A stretch of DNA of 46,713 nucleotides, counting the filler, from Catajapyx aquilonaris (lineage: Eukaryota), in assembly GCA_000934665.2 (NCBI GenBank). It is 2 parts of 2 records of this genome, joined end to end, with 100 filler letters (N's around TTAATTAATTAA, not from the genome) between each part and the next. Parts side by side here need not be neighbours in the genome. Positions count along the whole stretch, not along the records: positions 23,258 to 46,713 come from JYFJ02005720.1; 1 more part is not named here. The stretch is one strand, 5' to 3'. The translations under genes and the position numbers were made by a program. The notes under the pieces are model-generated. The model had not been told where the DNA came from, did not search any database, and was given only the letters and a program-made list of their open reading frames with translations. Positions 26,021 through 37,464 of the stretch are shown here, in pieces; within the stretch, counting starts at the first letter, position 1, and each line of letters begins with the position of its first letter.

Positions 26021-26376
26021 TACTGTTACTCCAGCGATCGCCGCTAGGAGCCGCCCCCTTCACTTGTGCTTGCGAATACGTCAGTAAGTGCAAAAACTTG
26101 AGCTTTCTCTCAACAGTTGGCGTCCAACGCTTCTTTCTGAGGTGGTTTCACCACCTCACCACAATGCTGAAGGCGGGAAATAATTCTCTAAGATGTGGTT
26201 AGACTCTCTAACCACATTTTACCTGTTTATTCCGCACACGGCACACCCACGTGGCAAATAAAACACCATCAACTATGACTATCCAGCACTTCCAACCACA
26301 TCACCATACTCTGTGATTTTTGCGTCCACCATTTTCTGGGTGACCCGAGATCCAAAAACATTTCCAAAAGCCTCTC

Positions 26377-26688
26377 CTATGGTTGCCTGGCTTGAATTTT
26401 TTTTTTTTTTACTTGTGTGGTGTGGCTGCTGCCAGGCGGTAGTCTTCGTTTTCCACGAGAATCACCAGCGTTAATGGTCTCTTGAAACTTGACGAAATGC
26501 CCTGGATGTTTCCTCTTAACATGCGACTTTAAGTTCGTCAGGCTTTCCACATGCCCCCTAATCAAGGTGTGTTTGGTGCACAAGGCACATGTGTAATGTA
26601 GGGCGTTTGACTCTTTGCGCAGATAGACAAAGTAGCCCACCAGGTGCGGCCATGGGTTATCATCCTCAGCAGTGTCAGACGTGATCAA
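26377..26688 (-). mobile_element. BED zinc-finger fragment (hAT transposase N-terminus)
   Basis: PWPHLVGYF..CALC..TNLKSHVKRKHP. Confidence 0.7.
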
Positions 26689-27384
26689 CTGGTCCTACCA
26701 GGAGCGTTTGTAAGCGCCAAGCCCAAGCGTAGGTCTGACCGCAGGCAGTCAGGCACTGAGGCAGAGGCACACCACAGGTCTGACCAGCCGACGCTGATGC
26801 GGTGTTGCCGATGTAACCATTGGGGATAACCAACAACAATCTTAAGTATATTGTCACCGAATGGTGGAACATAAACATAGTGTGTTCATCTCCAGATATC
26901 CTTATTTATTGATCTTCACATTTGCAAGATGGCGGGTAAAAGGAGCAACAGGTAAAGAAAAGAAGTGGCGTGGCCAGTTGCCTCCCCAAGGGGGGGAGGG
27001 GGGGGGGAAGACAAAAGGCCTGGAGGAGAGCAAAGGCTTTTAAGGAGTATCGAACGCAATGCATGATGGGGATTTTCCAGAATGCAGGATGACGTGGGAG
27101 TGACAAGGTCGGGTAGGAAAAACAAGGATACAGTCAATATATACAGTCTGCTAGGAATACAGTTCAGATGAAATGTCTCAGCCGGTTCCGTCACACACCC
27201 CACGGCCAAGCTTCCACTAAACAAAGCAAAGAGGTGGGGGGGGGGGGGTGGAGCCCAGAAAATATGGAGGGAGGATGAAAGAGGAAAAAAACCATAAGAT
27301 AGCCCGGAAATGTCCTCTGGCGGCCATCGCACAACTTAAACTTGAAACATCCATCCAACAACCGACATCCAACATCCAACATCC

Positions 27385-28430
27385 GACAAGATCACTATCG
27401 AACCGTGTTGTACCTCCTCTAGATCCCGATAGTAATAAACGACCGTGAAGATGGTGCAATGGTCGTTATTCCATCGGTATCCTTGGATGGCATCCTGAAC
27501 CACAAAAGAATAGTATTCAGCAAAGTCGCATTGGATCAGAAACTCTCCATCCGCCAGGACGTTCTTGCGTTGGTCCAGATACTCGGCCTGTTGGCGAGCG
27601 ATGAAAGCGTGGGGCTTTAATGCGACGATCTTCTTGCAGAATTCTTCCACGAAGTCATCACTGGAGGCAATCAGCTTCTTCATGGCAGACCTGTTTGATT
27701 CTGTCCACACATGGTACTCAACGGTGTCGATGTCTTCGTCATTCAGCAGGCCCAACAGGTGTTGGTGCAGATGGTCAGGTCCGGGGCAAGACGGGCATTC
27801 GTTGAGGTGGCGCGATGGCGTAGGGTTGCCACATATCAGCAGCTGCATGCACTCACGGTGACCTTTCAGTCTAGAGAACTTGGCCGCTTTGAACATCAAC
27901 TTGACGTTTTCATGATACACACAAACGCACACGCTGTGTGTTCCACTCGAACCTGCCAAACGCAATGTTTTGGCCGCAGCAAGGCCAACGAGGAAAACCC
28001 AATCTTGTGGCTAGGATTTTCATCCTTGAAAAGGGTGTAAAGCTCCTTTAAGTTGCTGCACAACAGCCTCTTCTGCACCTGCACCCGGGTTCCGTCACAT
28101 TGCTTCACGGATATAAAGTCTTTAGCACCTGCCAGCAATTTCCCGTTGACATCTGCATCGTAGAACAATTGGACGGCATTCACAATTTCCTCCTTCAGCT
28201 TCTTCCCTAGCTTGGGATTAGGTGATGCGAGTATTCCATGCGCAGCGACGAGCTTCTTGGCCTTGCGAACCCTTCTCCGCGACGTCGAGAAGAATGCTGC
28301 CACCTGTCTTTGGCTCCAGCTTTTTGGAGCCAAAGTAAGAAGCGTGATCTTCTCTGAAGGCGTCGTCAATGGGTCGTGAAACTTCTCTTGAAGTTGGCGC
28401 AAGACCTCCACACCGCCAAGTTCATTTCCT
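27385..28430 (-). pseudogene. Sola2-like transposase fragment, frameshifted near 27960
   Basis: QKRLLCSNLKELY..KIGFSSLALLRPKHC / HSVCVCVYHEN..DFAEYYSFVVQDAIQGYRW, truncated after IVILSD. Confidence 0.65.
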
Positions 28431-28929
28431 CCGTCTTCCTCTTCTTCGCAGGCGGAGGGTGGTAGGACGCACTGCTACCCTGACTGCAGGAATGTGTGCT
28501 GTCATCTGCCGCGAGGGCTGCTGACGATGGCGCAAGCTGTCTTACTTTCTTACTGCACCTGATGCAAATCTTCCACCCAGCCTGTAGAGATGGCTGATCG
28601 GACTTGTGGAGGCTGCCTCCTCCTCGGCCTTGACATGGTGGCCTCCCGAACCGGAGTGTTAGTGTGCCGCTTACCAATTATGTGGATTTGATGTGTACCG
28701 TCGGATCAAGTGTTTATGCAAACGGACTGGCCCCGGGGCAGACGGACAGCGGGCAGAACACAACCGACTCCCAAGAAGACAAAAAGAACGAGTGACGTCA
28801 CAAAGGGCACAGTCACATCGCGGGTTGAAATAACGGCTACTGGATGTCGCGCTTATCACAAGCTGTTGTTTGTCTAATAAATTATATAGGTGGCAGAACT
28901 GCTACTGGCAAATAATAAATAAATAAAAT

Positions 28930-29265
28930 TAAATCGATGAAATGCATTATTGTGCGGACCGTCCACTTCTTGGTCCTGGCAGACATCATAAAAAAGCTCA
29001 GCATTCTATCACCAAGATCAACCCCGCCCATTTTTGAATTGTAAATGCCAGCAATAGATGGGCGTTGAACTGTAACGTATTCGTGATCCTTTTTGGACCA
29101 TCTGTCACACTGGTCCATAGGTTGGGAATCGATGAAATTGGATGCCATATGCACAGGTTTGTTGTCAAGCCACTTTACAATCACCAGTTCTCCATCTTCC
29201 TGCACCATCTGATCATAGGACCCTCGGACCTCCTTCATATCCTTTAACTGGATTTGTTTTTTCGG
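28930..29265 (-). mobile_element. piggyBac transposase internal fragment
   Basis: RGSYD..VKWLDNKPVHMASN..YNSKMGGVDLGD..RTKKWT. Confidence 0.85.
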
Positions 29266-29520
29266 AAAGGTACACTCCACCACCGACCTTGCCCCACACA
29301 TCATCTTATTATACTGCACTTCATACTGGGTTAGCCGGCCTGTATCGGCAAAGGGTTTCATGAGCCATGGTAGGAGGGGATATGCCCCATCGCCTATGAT
29401 GTACATGGGGACAGATTCATTGGTTGCAGTACCGGTACAAAAAGATTGAGTCGGGAACAGTTTACCTTTCAAGTATCTCTTGTACAGAGATGACTCTGTG
29501 AACACCCTACGTTCACGTCC
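29266..29520 (-). mobile_element. Harbinger (HARBI1-like) transposase catalytic fragment
   Basis: RVFTESSLY..IIGDGAYPLLPWLMKPF..YN..ARSVVECTF. Confidence 0.85.
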
Positions 29521-29585
29521 CAAATACTGCCATCCGCTCCAACTAGTCCGGGCCCTAAGCGCAAAAATCAGGCCTAACCTTGCAC

Positions 29586-29870
29586 TTTGTGATAAGAAGG
29601 TGCCACTTGGCACATATGTTCCTTAGGCCTATAGGAGCAATTCCAGAGTTGCAGGCAACTGATCGGCCCCTTAGGTCACGAGTTATGCGGTGTTGCCAAC
29701 ATGCCCTGGGATGACCTGAGCGTTTTTAACGTTGAATTTTGTGATAAGAAGGTGCCGCTTGGCACATATGTTCCCTAGGCCTGTAGGAGTCGTTTGAGAC
29801 ATGGCGGCACTTGATCGGCTCCTTAGGTCAGGAGTTATGCGGTGTTGCCAACCTGGTCCTGGACCCAAGT
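29586..29870. repeat. Diverged ~152-bp direct repeat, about 2 copies
   Basis: GTGATAAGAAGGTGCC..GGCACATATGTTCC..GAGTTATGCGGTGTTGCCAAC begins at 29589 and again at 29741. Confidence 0.85.
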
Positions 29871-30074
29871 GTTTTGAACAATTTTTAACGTTGCCTTTTG
29901 GGATTTAAAACTGTGAGGACCGTAGTTCGGTACCGTACACCTGGCTAGCTCATGGGTCCAAATACTGGGTTCAGTAAATGATACTCGGGCTGGTATAACA
30001 ACAGCACGTCTATTGCTCTGAGGTTACAGCCAAGCAGGAGAGGAGTATAAGGGTAAGAGGGCGGAGCTCAGTAG

Positions 30075-30173
30075 CAGCGTTGCCAACCTGACGCGACCTT
30101 ACCGTACCACGATAGTCAAAATTACCGTACCACGATAGTCAAAATTACCGTATTTCGCCTAAAATTACCGTAC
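30075..30173. repeat. TIR-like CAGCGTTGCCAAC followed by TTACCGTA subterminal repeats
   Basis: A 23-bp unit TTACCGTACCACGATAGTCAAAA occurs twice, plus two further TTACCGTA copies. Confidence 0.6.
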
Positions 30174-30299
30174 ATTATAAAACCTGACATTTTGTGAATG
30201 AAACATTAGGGGGAAATATTAGATACCCGTAAATATGTACTCCATAATGTATTCCTACACGTTCCTGCCAAAGTTCTTTGTTTTGAACCATAACCCAAA

Positions 30300-30395
30300 G
30301 ATCTTGTATCCAATCTGATTCTGGCACACTGCAGATGTGGCGTTAGTCAAGTCGTCCGGGTCCCATTGCTGCTCATTCACTCCTTTTTTTGGCAT
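30300..30395 (-). mobile_element. pogo/CENP-B-like transposase N-terminal HTH fragment
   Basis: MPKKG..QQWDPDDLTNATSAV..IGY resembles a psq-type HTH start. Confidence 0.5.
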
Positions 30396-31163
30396 CTTGA
30401 TTACTGTATTATGTGATAAATTGCAATCAGTGACACTGACTTTCAACAAGTGATGTGTTCCTAATGTGGAATACTATTCCACATTAGGCACACAGTGCAT
30501 GTCATTACTGTGATTAATTTTTTCATGCATAATTAAAATACTCAGTTGTAATTTTCAACTGCACTGATTCTCCAGACTTCGCTGGTGAGATTGGTGACGG
30601 CAGTTTTGAGCTGGGTAATACTTACTCGTTGGTCGATTGTGATAGCTTGTTGATAGGTATTGTATGCTGGACAATGAACGATTCCGATTCGGAATTTTGC
30701 TGCCCGTCAGAGATGTCTGTCTCCCTACAATGAAATAACATTTTTACTCAAGTAAGTAAATCGAGCAACGTTACTGAAAATTTTGATTGATGAATGAAAT
30801 GCTCACGCCTACGTCTACAAATAAGTGGGAACCCATCATCACCGATCGTGTCCTGCTCCCATTGCATGGAGTTGTTCCTTTTTTTACCTTTATGAAACCC
30901 TTTAAATTTTATTTTTAGTTTTATGGCACATTTTTTGAAGCAAGTGTTTATGGCCATGTCTGTGATGATGCATATGATCCTACATGACAGTCCTCTCCAC
31001 ATTATGAGTTAAATGAATGCCAGTTCCTGGATAATGCTACAATTTCCTAGAATGTACTACGTACATGGCATATACTTTTGCATATAAACTGGTATGAAAT
31101 GCTCGTGGATGGTGGCCTGTGACTGTCCACTCAAACCTGGTCACAATTATAAATGGGACTCAC

Positions 31164-31864
31164 CTCCATGTTTGTCCTAGTAGGACGTGGCGTCACTACA
31201 TCTTTCAGAAAGTGGAGTTGCTCAAAGCACCACCACTGCTTCTTGTGCCCACCCTCAGCCCCACTCTTCCCCTTCTGCCGACGGAGCTCCTCGTTATACT
31301 GGCTCCGGAGGTTCGCCAGCTTGTTCTTGATAGCCGGCCCGAGGACGCCTGGCCTCACCGCTTGCATAGCTGCAATCATCTCCTCCATCGCCACGTTACG
31401 CTTATTTACATCGTGGTACTCCTTGCTCTTGCTGTCCCACAATACTGGACGGTCCCTCCAGAGGTCCACTAATGAAACGGTATCTTCATGCGGCCAGTAC
31501 GCCATGGTGGCAGGTAAAAGGGTGGAAAGGTGCGGGAAAAGGGGGGAGGTGGGGGGAAAAGGACAAAGCACGCGGCAACTGGCAGAGTGGCAGGTCAGGC
31601 AGGGAGGGAAGATGAGGCCTTGTGAGGCCCGGAGTGAGGCTGCAGAAATCACTCTCCGGATTGGCTATCGGGAGTCACGTGCTGTGACGTATGTAAGAGG
31701 CGAAAGAGAAAAGTAGAAATATTCCAACGTTTCTCGTGTCCCTCTTGCGAGGACTTGCGAGGACTCGCGAGGCGTAGCAGATTCCGTCTCGACCAGGTCT
31801 CGACGTTCAAGATTTCTCGCGTACGAGGACTCGCATACGAGGAACTCGCACGTCCATACCGGCC
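31164..31864 (-). mobile_element. Harbinger terminus with the first exon of a MADF (Myb/SANT-like) ORF
   Basis: On the minus strand TAA|GGCCGGTATGGACG starts at 31864, followed by subterminal CTCGC repeats. Exon 31505-31164 reads MAYW..LWRDRPVLWD..LRSQY..WWCFEQLHFL and ends at a GTGAGT donor. Confidence 0.8.
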
Positions 31865-31976
31865 TTAATTCACAGTGACTCTTTCTTTATGTGGCCTAGT
31901 GGCTAGTGTTTCCATTGCATGCATGATCATAAATACATTTCCATGCTGCGGGTACATTGCATGTTGGTTACTATAC

Positions 31977-32470
31977 CTGAGTGTGACCGCCAACCTCTCC
32001 GCTGCGGAAATCGGCCTTCTCATCACTGTCGTCTGCTTGGAGATGAGAGGCTCCACACGTCTGACGAGGTCGTCAAACTGCTCCGGGGTCAGCCTTGTGT
32101 AGGTTTTAAAAGACTCTCGATCCCGCATTGCCTCATCTTGACCAAGAGGGTGTGGAAATCGCCTTCCTTCTGACGATCGATGTAAATCTCCTTCACCCAC
32201 CACCTCCGTGGTCGACGCTTCTCTCTGCGTCTAGCCCGACGGAGTCGGGCGTTGACCATCATCAGGAGGACGATCTGTTGCATTTGCAGCAGCAACTCAT
32301 CTTCGTCGGCGGCCTCCATCTTTGCCTGCCCACGGGATTGGAGCTTGGCTACTACCGGCCCACTTCCATAAGTACGAACGTTAGCAAAGTGGCCGTGTGG
32401 AGTGTAGGGACTTGCGTTAGGAAAGTTGCGTAAAGTACAAACGTTAGGAAAGTCATCGTGTAAACGGGCC
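31977..32470 (-). mobile_element. Harbinger terminus with the first transposase exon (frameshifted)
   Basis: GGCCCGTTTACACG terminus at 32470. Exon 32319-31977 reads RRWWV..GDFHTL / FKTYTRLTPEQFDDLV..MRRPISAAERLAVTLR. Confidence 0.8.
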
Positions 32471-32475
32471 TTCAC

Positions 32476-33274
32476 TTGTTATCCAGCGCCTCCAGCAGCT
32501 GGCTCTGCTGGGAGTGTCTGTGAGTTTTTGTTGGGTTCCGGGGCACGCGGGCATTCGGGGCAACGAGTTGGCGGACGAGGCAGCTCGCACCGCCTCCTCC
32601 CCCCGTGCCCAGGGCTGCGTGCCCCACCCGGATCTGCGGCAGGTGACGAGGGAAAGGCTGCTGGGCGAGTGGCAGGTCCTCTGGGACGGGGAGACGGGGA
32701 ACAAGCTCCACGGGGTGAAGCCGGTCCCCTCCCCCTGGGGGTCCTCCTCCCGTCCCGACAGGAGGGAGGAGGTCGTTCTGGCCAGGCTCAGGATGGGGCA
32801 CACCCGCCTCACCCACGGCCACCTCCTCAGGGGCGGGGACGGCCCCCCTCTCTGCGGCCACTGCCACCAGGCCCCTTCTCTGACGGTCCAGCACATGCTG
32901 CTGGACTGTCCTGCATTGCACCAACTCCGCCTAGACACCGGTCTCCTGCGGGCGGGAGACCCCGCTCCTTCCACCCTCGCTCATCTGCTGTCCGACTCTG
33001 CGGACCCCACTGTTATGTTGGCTCTCTTTTCTTTTTTGAAAAGAACCAACATGTATAGAGATCTATAACCGTTGCATTTTAAAAATATACTCGAAGCGTT
33101 TTGTTTCACTTGTTACACTCTATTGAAATTTTATAGTCACTACTGTAATAAATGCTCATTTAACGTTGGGGTAGGGGTGGTATTGCCTGCCCTCCCCTAC
33201 AACGTCACAGGTGCTTGGCGCAGTATAGCCATTGCTGCTGTTGCGCCAATAAACCATTACTTAATCAATCAATC
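32476..33274 (+). mobile_element. 5'-truncated I-group LINE: RNase H end, C-terminal CCHC knuckle, 3' UTR and (AATC)n tail
   Basis: FCWVPGHAGIRGNELADEAA..RLRMGHTRLTH..CGHC..TVQHMLLDC, stop at 33068. GGCGCA..TGCGCC stem, AATAAA and (AATC)3 at 33263-33274. Confidence 0.88.
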
Positions 33275-33539
33275 CTCACAAAACGCAATGGCGCCTGCAA
33301 AATATCCCCCCCCCCCTCCAAAAAAAAAAATGCACTCTCTAATGGATGTTATTTTTACCATTAAGTTAATTATCTTGTGAAACAGGCATATTGTACCTTC
33401 TGCTCCTATTTCTGCAGGTGGATCTGTATTTCTTACTTCCGAAGACCCAGTAGCCACATTGAGGTCAGAGCCACTGAAATGCTTCTGTCACGTATCGGTT
33501 GAAAACGGATTTACTCCCAGCTTTGAGATTTTACCCACT

Positions 33540-34030
33540 AACAGACAGCAGTCCATAGATGTTGAAAATGTGGGTTATTGGTTTCATGCACGGAGCCACA
33601 GAATTCATCTTGGCCTTTCCTAAGGGAAACCTGCACATCTTTCTTCTTTGAAACCTTTGAGAATTCCGTGATCTTAGGCATCATTGACCGTAACTGCTCA
33701 GTGAGCAGTGCCTCCTGCTCAAATCCCATGAGCAGACTGAAATGCTGGGTCAAACAAAAGTGGCAAATTGTCTTAAAGCGTGGCAATGCTTCCGTCTTTT
33801 GTTAAACTTGGTCTCTGGCTTCTGTAAATGAGTCCCATAATCTCCTTCAATTTGCTTGAATCCCTCTTCTTCTTTGAATGCTCAGTCTTAAGCCACTGCC
33901 TGTGAGCTTCCTGGCTTTCCTCATCTTCCCCCCGTCCTCCGGGTAGGTGGGAGGCGGAAAATTGACAGCCCCCATAGCCGTCAAGTGACCTACCCTGATG
34001 GCTTGGCTGTCTGGCTCTTTGGCTTTGGCT
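33540..34030 (-). mobile_element. SAMD3-like second-ORF fragment typical of animal CACTA/EnSpm-type elements
   Basis: GEDEESQEAHRQWLKTEHSKKKRDSSKLKEIMGL, followed by frameshifts. Confidence 0.45.
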
Positions 34031-34099
34031 TTCAGGCCTTTTTCTCTTCACCTGATGGGCTTCTATTTCTGTTCTCGATTCGAGTAATCAATTGGTTCA

Positions 34100-34335
34100 A
34101 CAGGGAAGTTGAACCATCCACAAAGTCTGCTAAAGATGTGGCAGGGATAACCAACAGCAATCTAAGTATAGTTTTGAATTTGTCAACAAAATCTTGCATA
34201 CTCTCAGCGTCGGGGACCAAGTCGTGTAGTAGTGCCATTTGGTTTCTAAGCCGGCGTTCATCCATTTCATATTCCCTAATGACATCCAAAACCGATGTAC
34301 TCCATGAGTCAGGTTTGGTAAGCAAGATGTCTTCA
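34100..34335 (-). mobile_element. hAT transposase C-terminal fragment
   Basis: YEMDERRLRNQMALL..ILRLLLVIPATS, the start of the dimerisation domain. Confidence 0.6.
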
Positions 34336-34339
34336 AGCT

Positions 34340-34620
34340 TGTAACGACGTTACTCGTCGTCGGTACCGGCTACTCAGTAATAACACAGTAGGTTCAGGTA
34401 ACACAGGTTTTATTGCCAACTAGCCCCAAAAGGGCCTGGAGTACCACTCCACACTTTTTCGGAGGGAAAAAGGGAAGGAGCAGAGGGCTCCTTCTTGGGG
34501 GGCCCATCCCCCAGGGGGGAGAAGAACTGGGTCAGCCCAACCCCCTGGTGAGTGGGACGTCACAAGCTTCATGTACTTCTATATGCCCGGTTGGTCAAAG
34601 CGAGACTCCATCTCATTAAA
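34340..34620 (-). mobile_element. Possible LTR fragment
   Basis: The minus strand reads AATAAA..GTCGTTACA ending at 34340, an LTR-like 3' end. The other boundary is unknown. Confidence 0.35.
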
Positions 34621-35084
34621 GATTTCATCCAACACTTCAAAATAAACTTTCCTGTATAATTATGTCCTCCGAGGGTGACCACAGCAAAGGCCTCCCACGG
34701 CTTCCCCTACACCGATGGCCAGGGTGGTAGAATGCCTGGTGTCGTTAGCAGCCTCCGATGTATCCCCTCAATTCTGGCGGGATGCCGCCTGCGCGGGGTA
34801 GGAAATTCATAATCGCCCGCAGTCTCTTCGACCCCTCCTCCTCCAACACCTTCTTTTGACAGCACTTCAACCTCCTCTTCTCCTTCAGCATAGAGGTAGT
34901 ATTCGCCTACGTAAAAATCATCATCAGCAGCAACTGCAACTTCCTCCTCTTCTTCTATTATATGTGGCATCACTTCCACTTTACGCAGAGGGATAATATT
35001 TCCGCTAAGTCCCTGAACTATTGAGCGGTTCCACTGCCACCGCCGCTGGGCTTCATGTTCTTCTGCCCAGTTCTTATGATCATG

Positions 35085-35785
35085 GTCGCTTCCCATTTCT
35101 TCGCACAGTAAAGAAAATATCACTATTTTGACGGCATCGTCAAGCACTGCCTTGAGAGATGGAGGCAAATTTTTTGGAGCCAAGATTTTCTCTGTGGATA
35201 CTACAGTGAATCCACCTTGCCTCCGTGGCTACCGACTTCACTCGAGCCACAAGCCCGCTGTATTTTCCAATCATTGATTTTGCTCCGTCTCGTCTGTGCA
35301 AATGCCGTTACATTTTGACCAGTCTATGCGTTCTCTTTCATTAACTCATCCATTATGGTGAAAATATCTTCCCCGGTAGTCCTGGCCAGAAGGGCGCGGC
35401 AGAATAATTTTAAAAAATCCTCTATCTTCTCTCATTCACCTAAATATCTTATGTAGACTAGCAGCTGGGCTAATCCGGCCACGTCGGTAGATTCATCTAC
35501 ATGCAGAGAATGAAATTGAGTGTTCTTCACACGGCCGACAAGCTGATTTAGCACATCATCCGCCATATCACTGATTCGGCGCGACACAGTATCAGAGAGG
35601 GGAACAGTTTTAAGCTTCTTTCCCGCCTTTTCCCCAAGCGTGCAAGTAACCATGTCTCTCGCAGCAAGAACAATGAGTTCTTCTGCAATAGTATGGGGTT
35701 TCCCCGCTTTTGCAATTCGGTAACTCACCATATACGTATGATGCTCAAAGGCAGCGGCGGACTGGGACCTAAAATTGACTGTGGA
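35085..35785 (-). pseudogene. hAT Buster/Charlie (ZBED5/SCAND3-like) transposase fragment
   Basis: SYRIAKAGKPHTIAEELI..VPLSDTVSRRI..DESTDV..QLLVYIRY..TTGEDIF..HCSIHRE, with stops and frameshifts. Confidence 0.9.
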
Positions 35786-36049
35786 ACTGCCGACAAGCGG
35801 CCCCAGCCTAGTCACCCCCCCCCCCCCGCCCCCAAGTGGTAGGCTACAATCTTGGACCTTTTTACGTCCATATTTTTCCGCAGTTAAGCGCCATACGGAA
35901 ATGTGCAAATAATATCCTGATATTAAAATGAATAATTGCTGCACGTATTTGTGTTACACTCTCCAAAAGTGGACGTTGCCGTTTTCGATCTCAGAGCCCT
36001 CAATTATTAAACAATTACATGGTAGGTAAATTGTTAAGCTTTCAAAAGT

Positions 36050-36243
36050 TTTGTCATCAAATCACTTTTATCTGCCACACAATCTATTATACAATCTGTA
36101 TCAAGACTGAAGTATTTCTTTCTCGACTACCATAAGCATGAATGCTTCCAGGTGGTCTTCAGTGAGAGTACTTCGAAGTCTGTTTTTTACAAACTTTAAT
36201 ACAGAAAGACTTCTTTCGCAGGCTACTTGCGTGAAAGAAAGTG
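36050..36243 (-). mobile_element. hAT (ZMYM1-like) dimerisation-domain fragment
   Basis: The minus strand reads TQVACERSLSVLKFVKNRLRSTLTEDHLEAFMLM. Confidence 0.8.
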
Positions 36244-36800
36244 TTAGCATGTAGTGTTAGCACGTGACATTGCGTCTTCCAATTCTTGATAAAAGGTTGT
36301 AGTTTTGTGTGATGGTGGTGAGGCTCCTACAATAGAATGAAGGTCCACTCTCAGGGAGGCATCTTTCCTCTTCTTTCTAATCACAATATTGCCCTTGTTG
36401 GCCACAACCTCCATCTCCATATCAAGCCTGTGGATACGCTGGAGAAGTCCATTGTTACTGAAGTTCACTTTCGTGTAGAAGATGCTGGTCATGCTTCTTA
36501 TGGCACGAAACAGTGATTCACACTGTTGTGAACCAAACCCTGGTGCATGAAACTTTTCCAAAGCGCCCTGGGCTGCAAACAGGACATACATCAAAATGAG
36601 GCTGTGGGCGTTGATCTCAATGCAAAAATATTATGCATTGGTGGAAATGAAGTTCTTGCATATGGTGCAGTGTGATGCAGACTTCAAGAAGCTCGCCCAC
36701 GATCTCAGAATGCAAACTGCCGTCCAGATTAATTCTATTCTCTTCAGGGCCAATATAGGTTTTCCACTGAAGGAATCCAGTACGTTAGCTTGAGTGTCAT
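36244..36800 (-). mobile_element. P-element-related transposase C-terminal fragment
   Basis: NFISTNA*YFCIEINAHSLI..FGSQQCESLFRAIRSM. The family call is by resemblance to the P/THAP9 SQD.LE..F..IR motif. Confidence 0.5.
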
Positions 36801-36959
36801 ATCCAGTTCAACACTCACGCCTAAAGTTAGAAACAAACACGGTAATGAACTTATGTACTCTCTGATGTTCTGAATAGTCGTCTGGTATAGCTGAGGCAGA
36901 TAGTTCTTTCGGAGTGTCGACTTGAGTAGTAACACTCTGAAGTTTGGTCGCTCCCTGAA

Positions 36960-37464
36960 CCTTGACTAGGCCCCGGAAGCGCATCGTCTGGGAGCTAGCG
37001 GTCGCGCTGCACGGGATGCCGCTAACCTCCCTTACTGCGCAGAGTTTCTCCGCTTCTAACTCCGTGGCCACTTTGACCCGGAGATCGCCCGACTTCAGGA
37101 CCCACAACTGAATGGGCTTCACGTTGTATTGGCCAATCGATCGTGCCAGGAGGTTCGGGTTTGTTCGCCCGAAGCTGTCCTCCTTGTTTCGGGGCTTGAA
37201 CGTTACCACCGTTCTTACCCCTTTGTGGCGTTCCTGGGGCACGGCTTGGTCTGGTGTCTTGGCCAGAGTCAGTTTGGCAGCCATGTGGCATACCTTTTTG
37301 GGGGCGATCTGTTGGAGGGGGTGGCTCCCTTCCTCCGTGTCACTTTCAGAGAATGATCGATCGCGTTTTGATAGCCGTGTTGTGCTATCCATAGCTTCCG
37401 CTGGGGTTTCCAGCGGGAGCTCACCATCGTTCCCGGGGGCTGCTGCACCATTGTGGGCCGCCAT
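36960..37464 (-). mobile_element. LINE ORF1 (I-group gag-like) 5' fragment
   Basis: NPNLLARSI..LKSGDLRVKV..AEKL..IPCSAT..RGLV, truncated before the zinc knuckles. Confidence 0.65.

Noticed and set aside
32426..33058. Several long overlapping ORFs in other frames
   Set aside because: GC-rich LINE sequence is poor in stop codons; only the RNase H frame has recognisable motifs.
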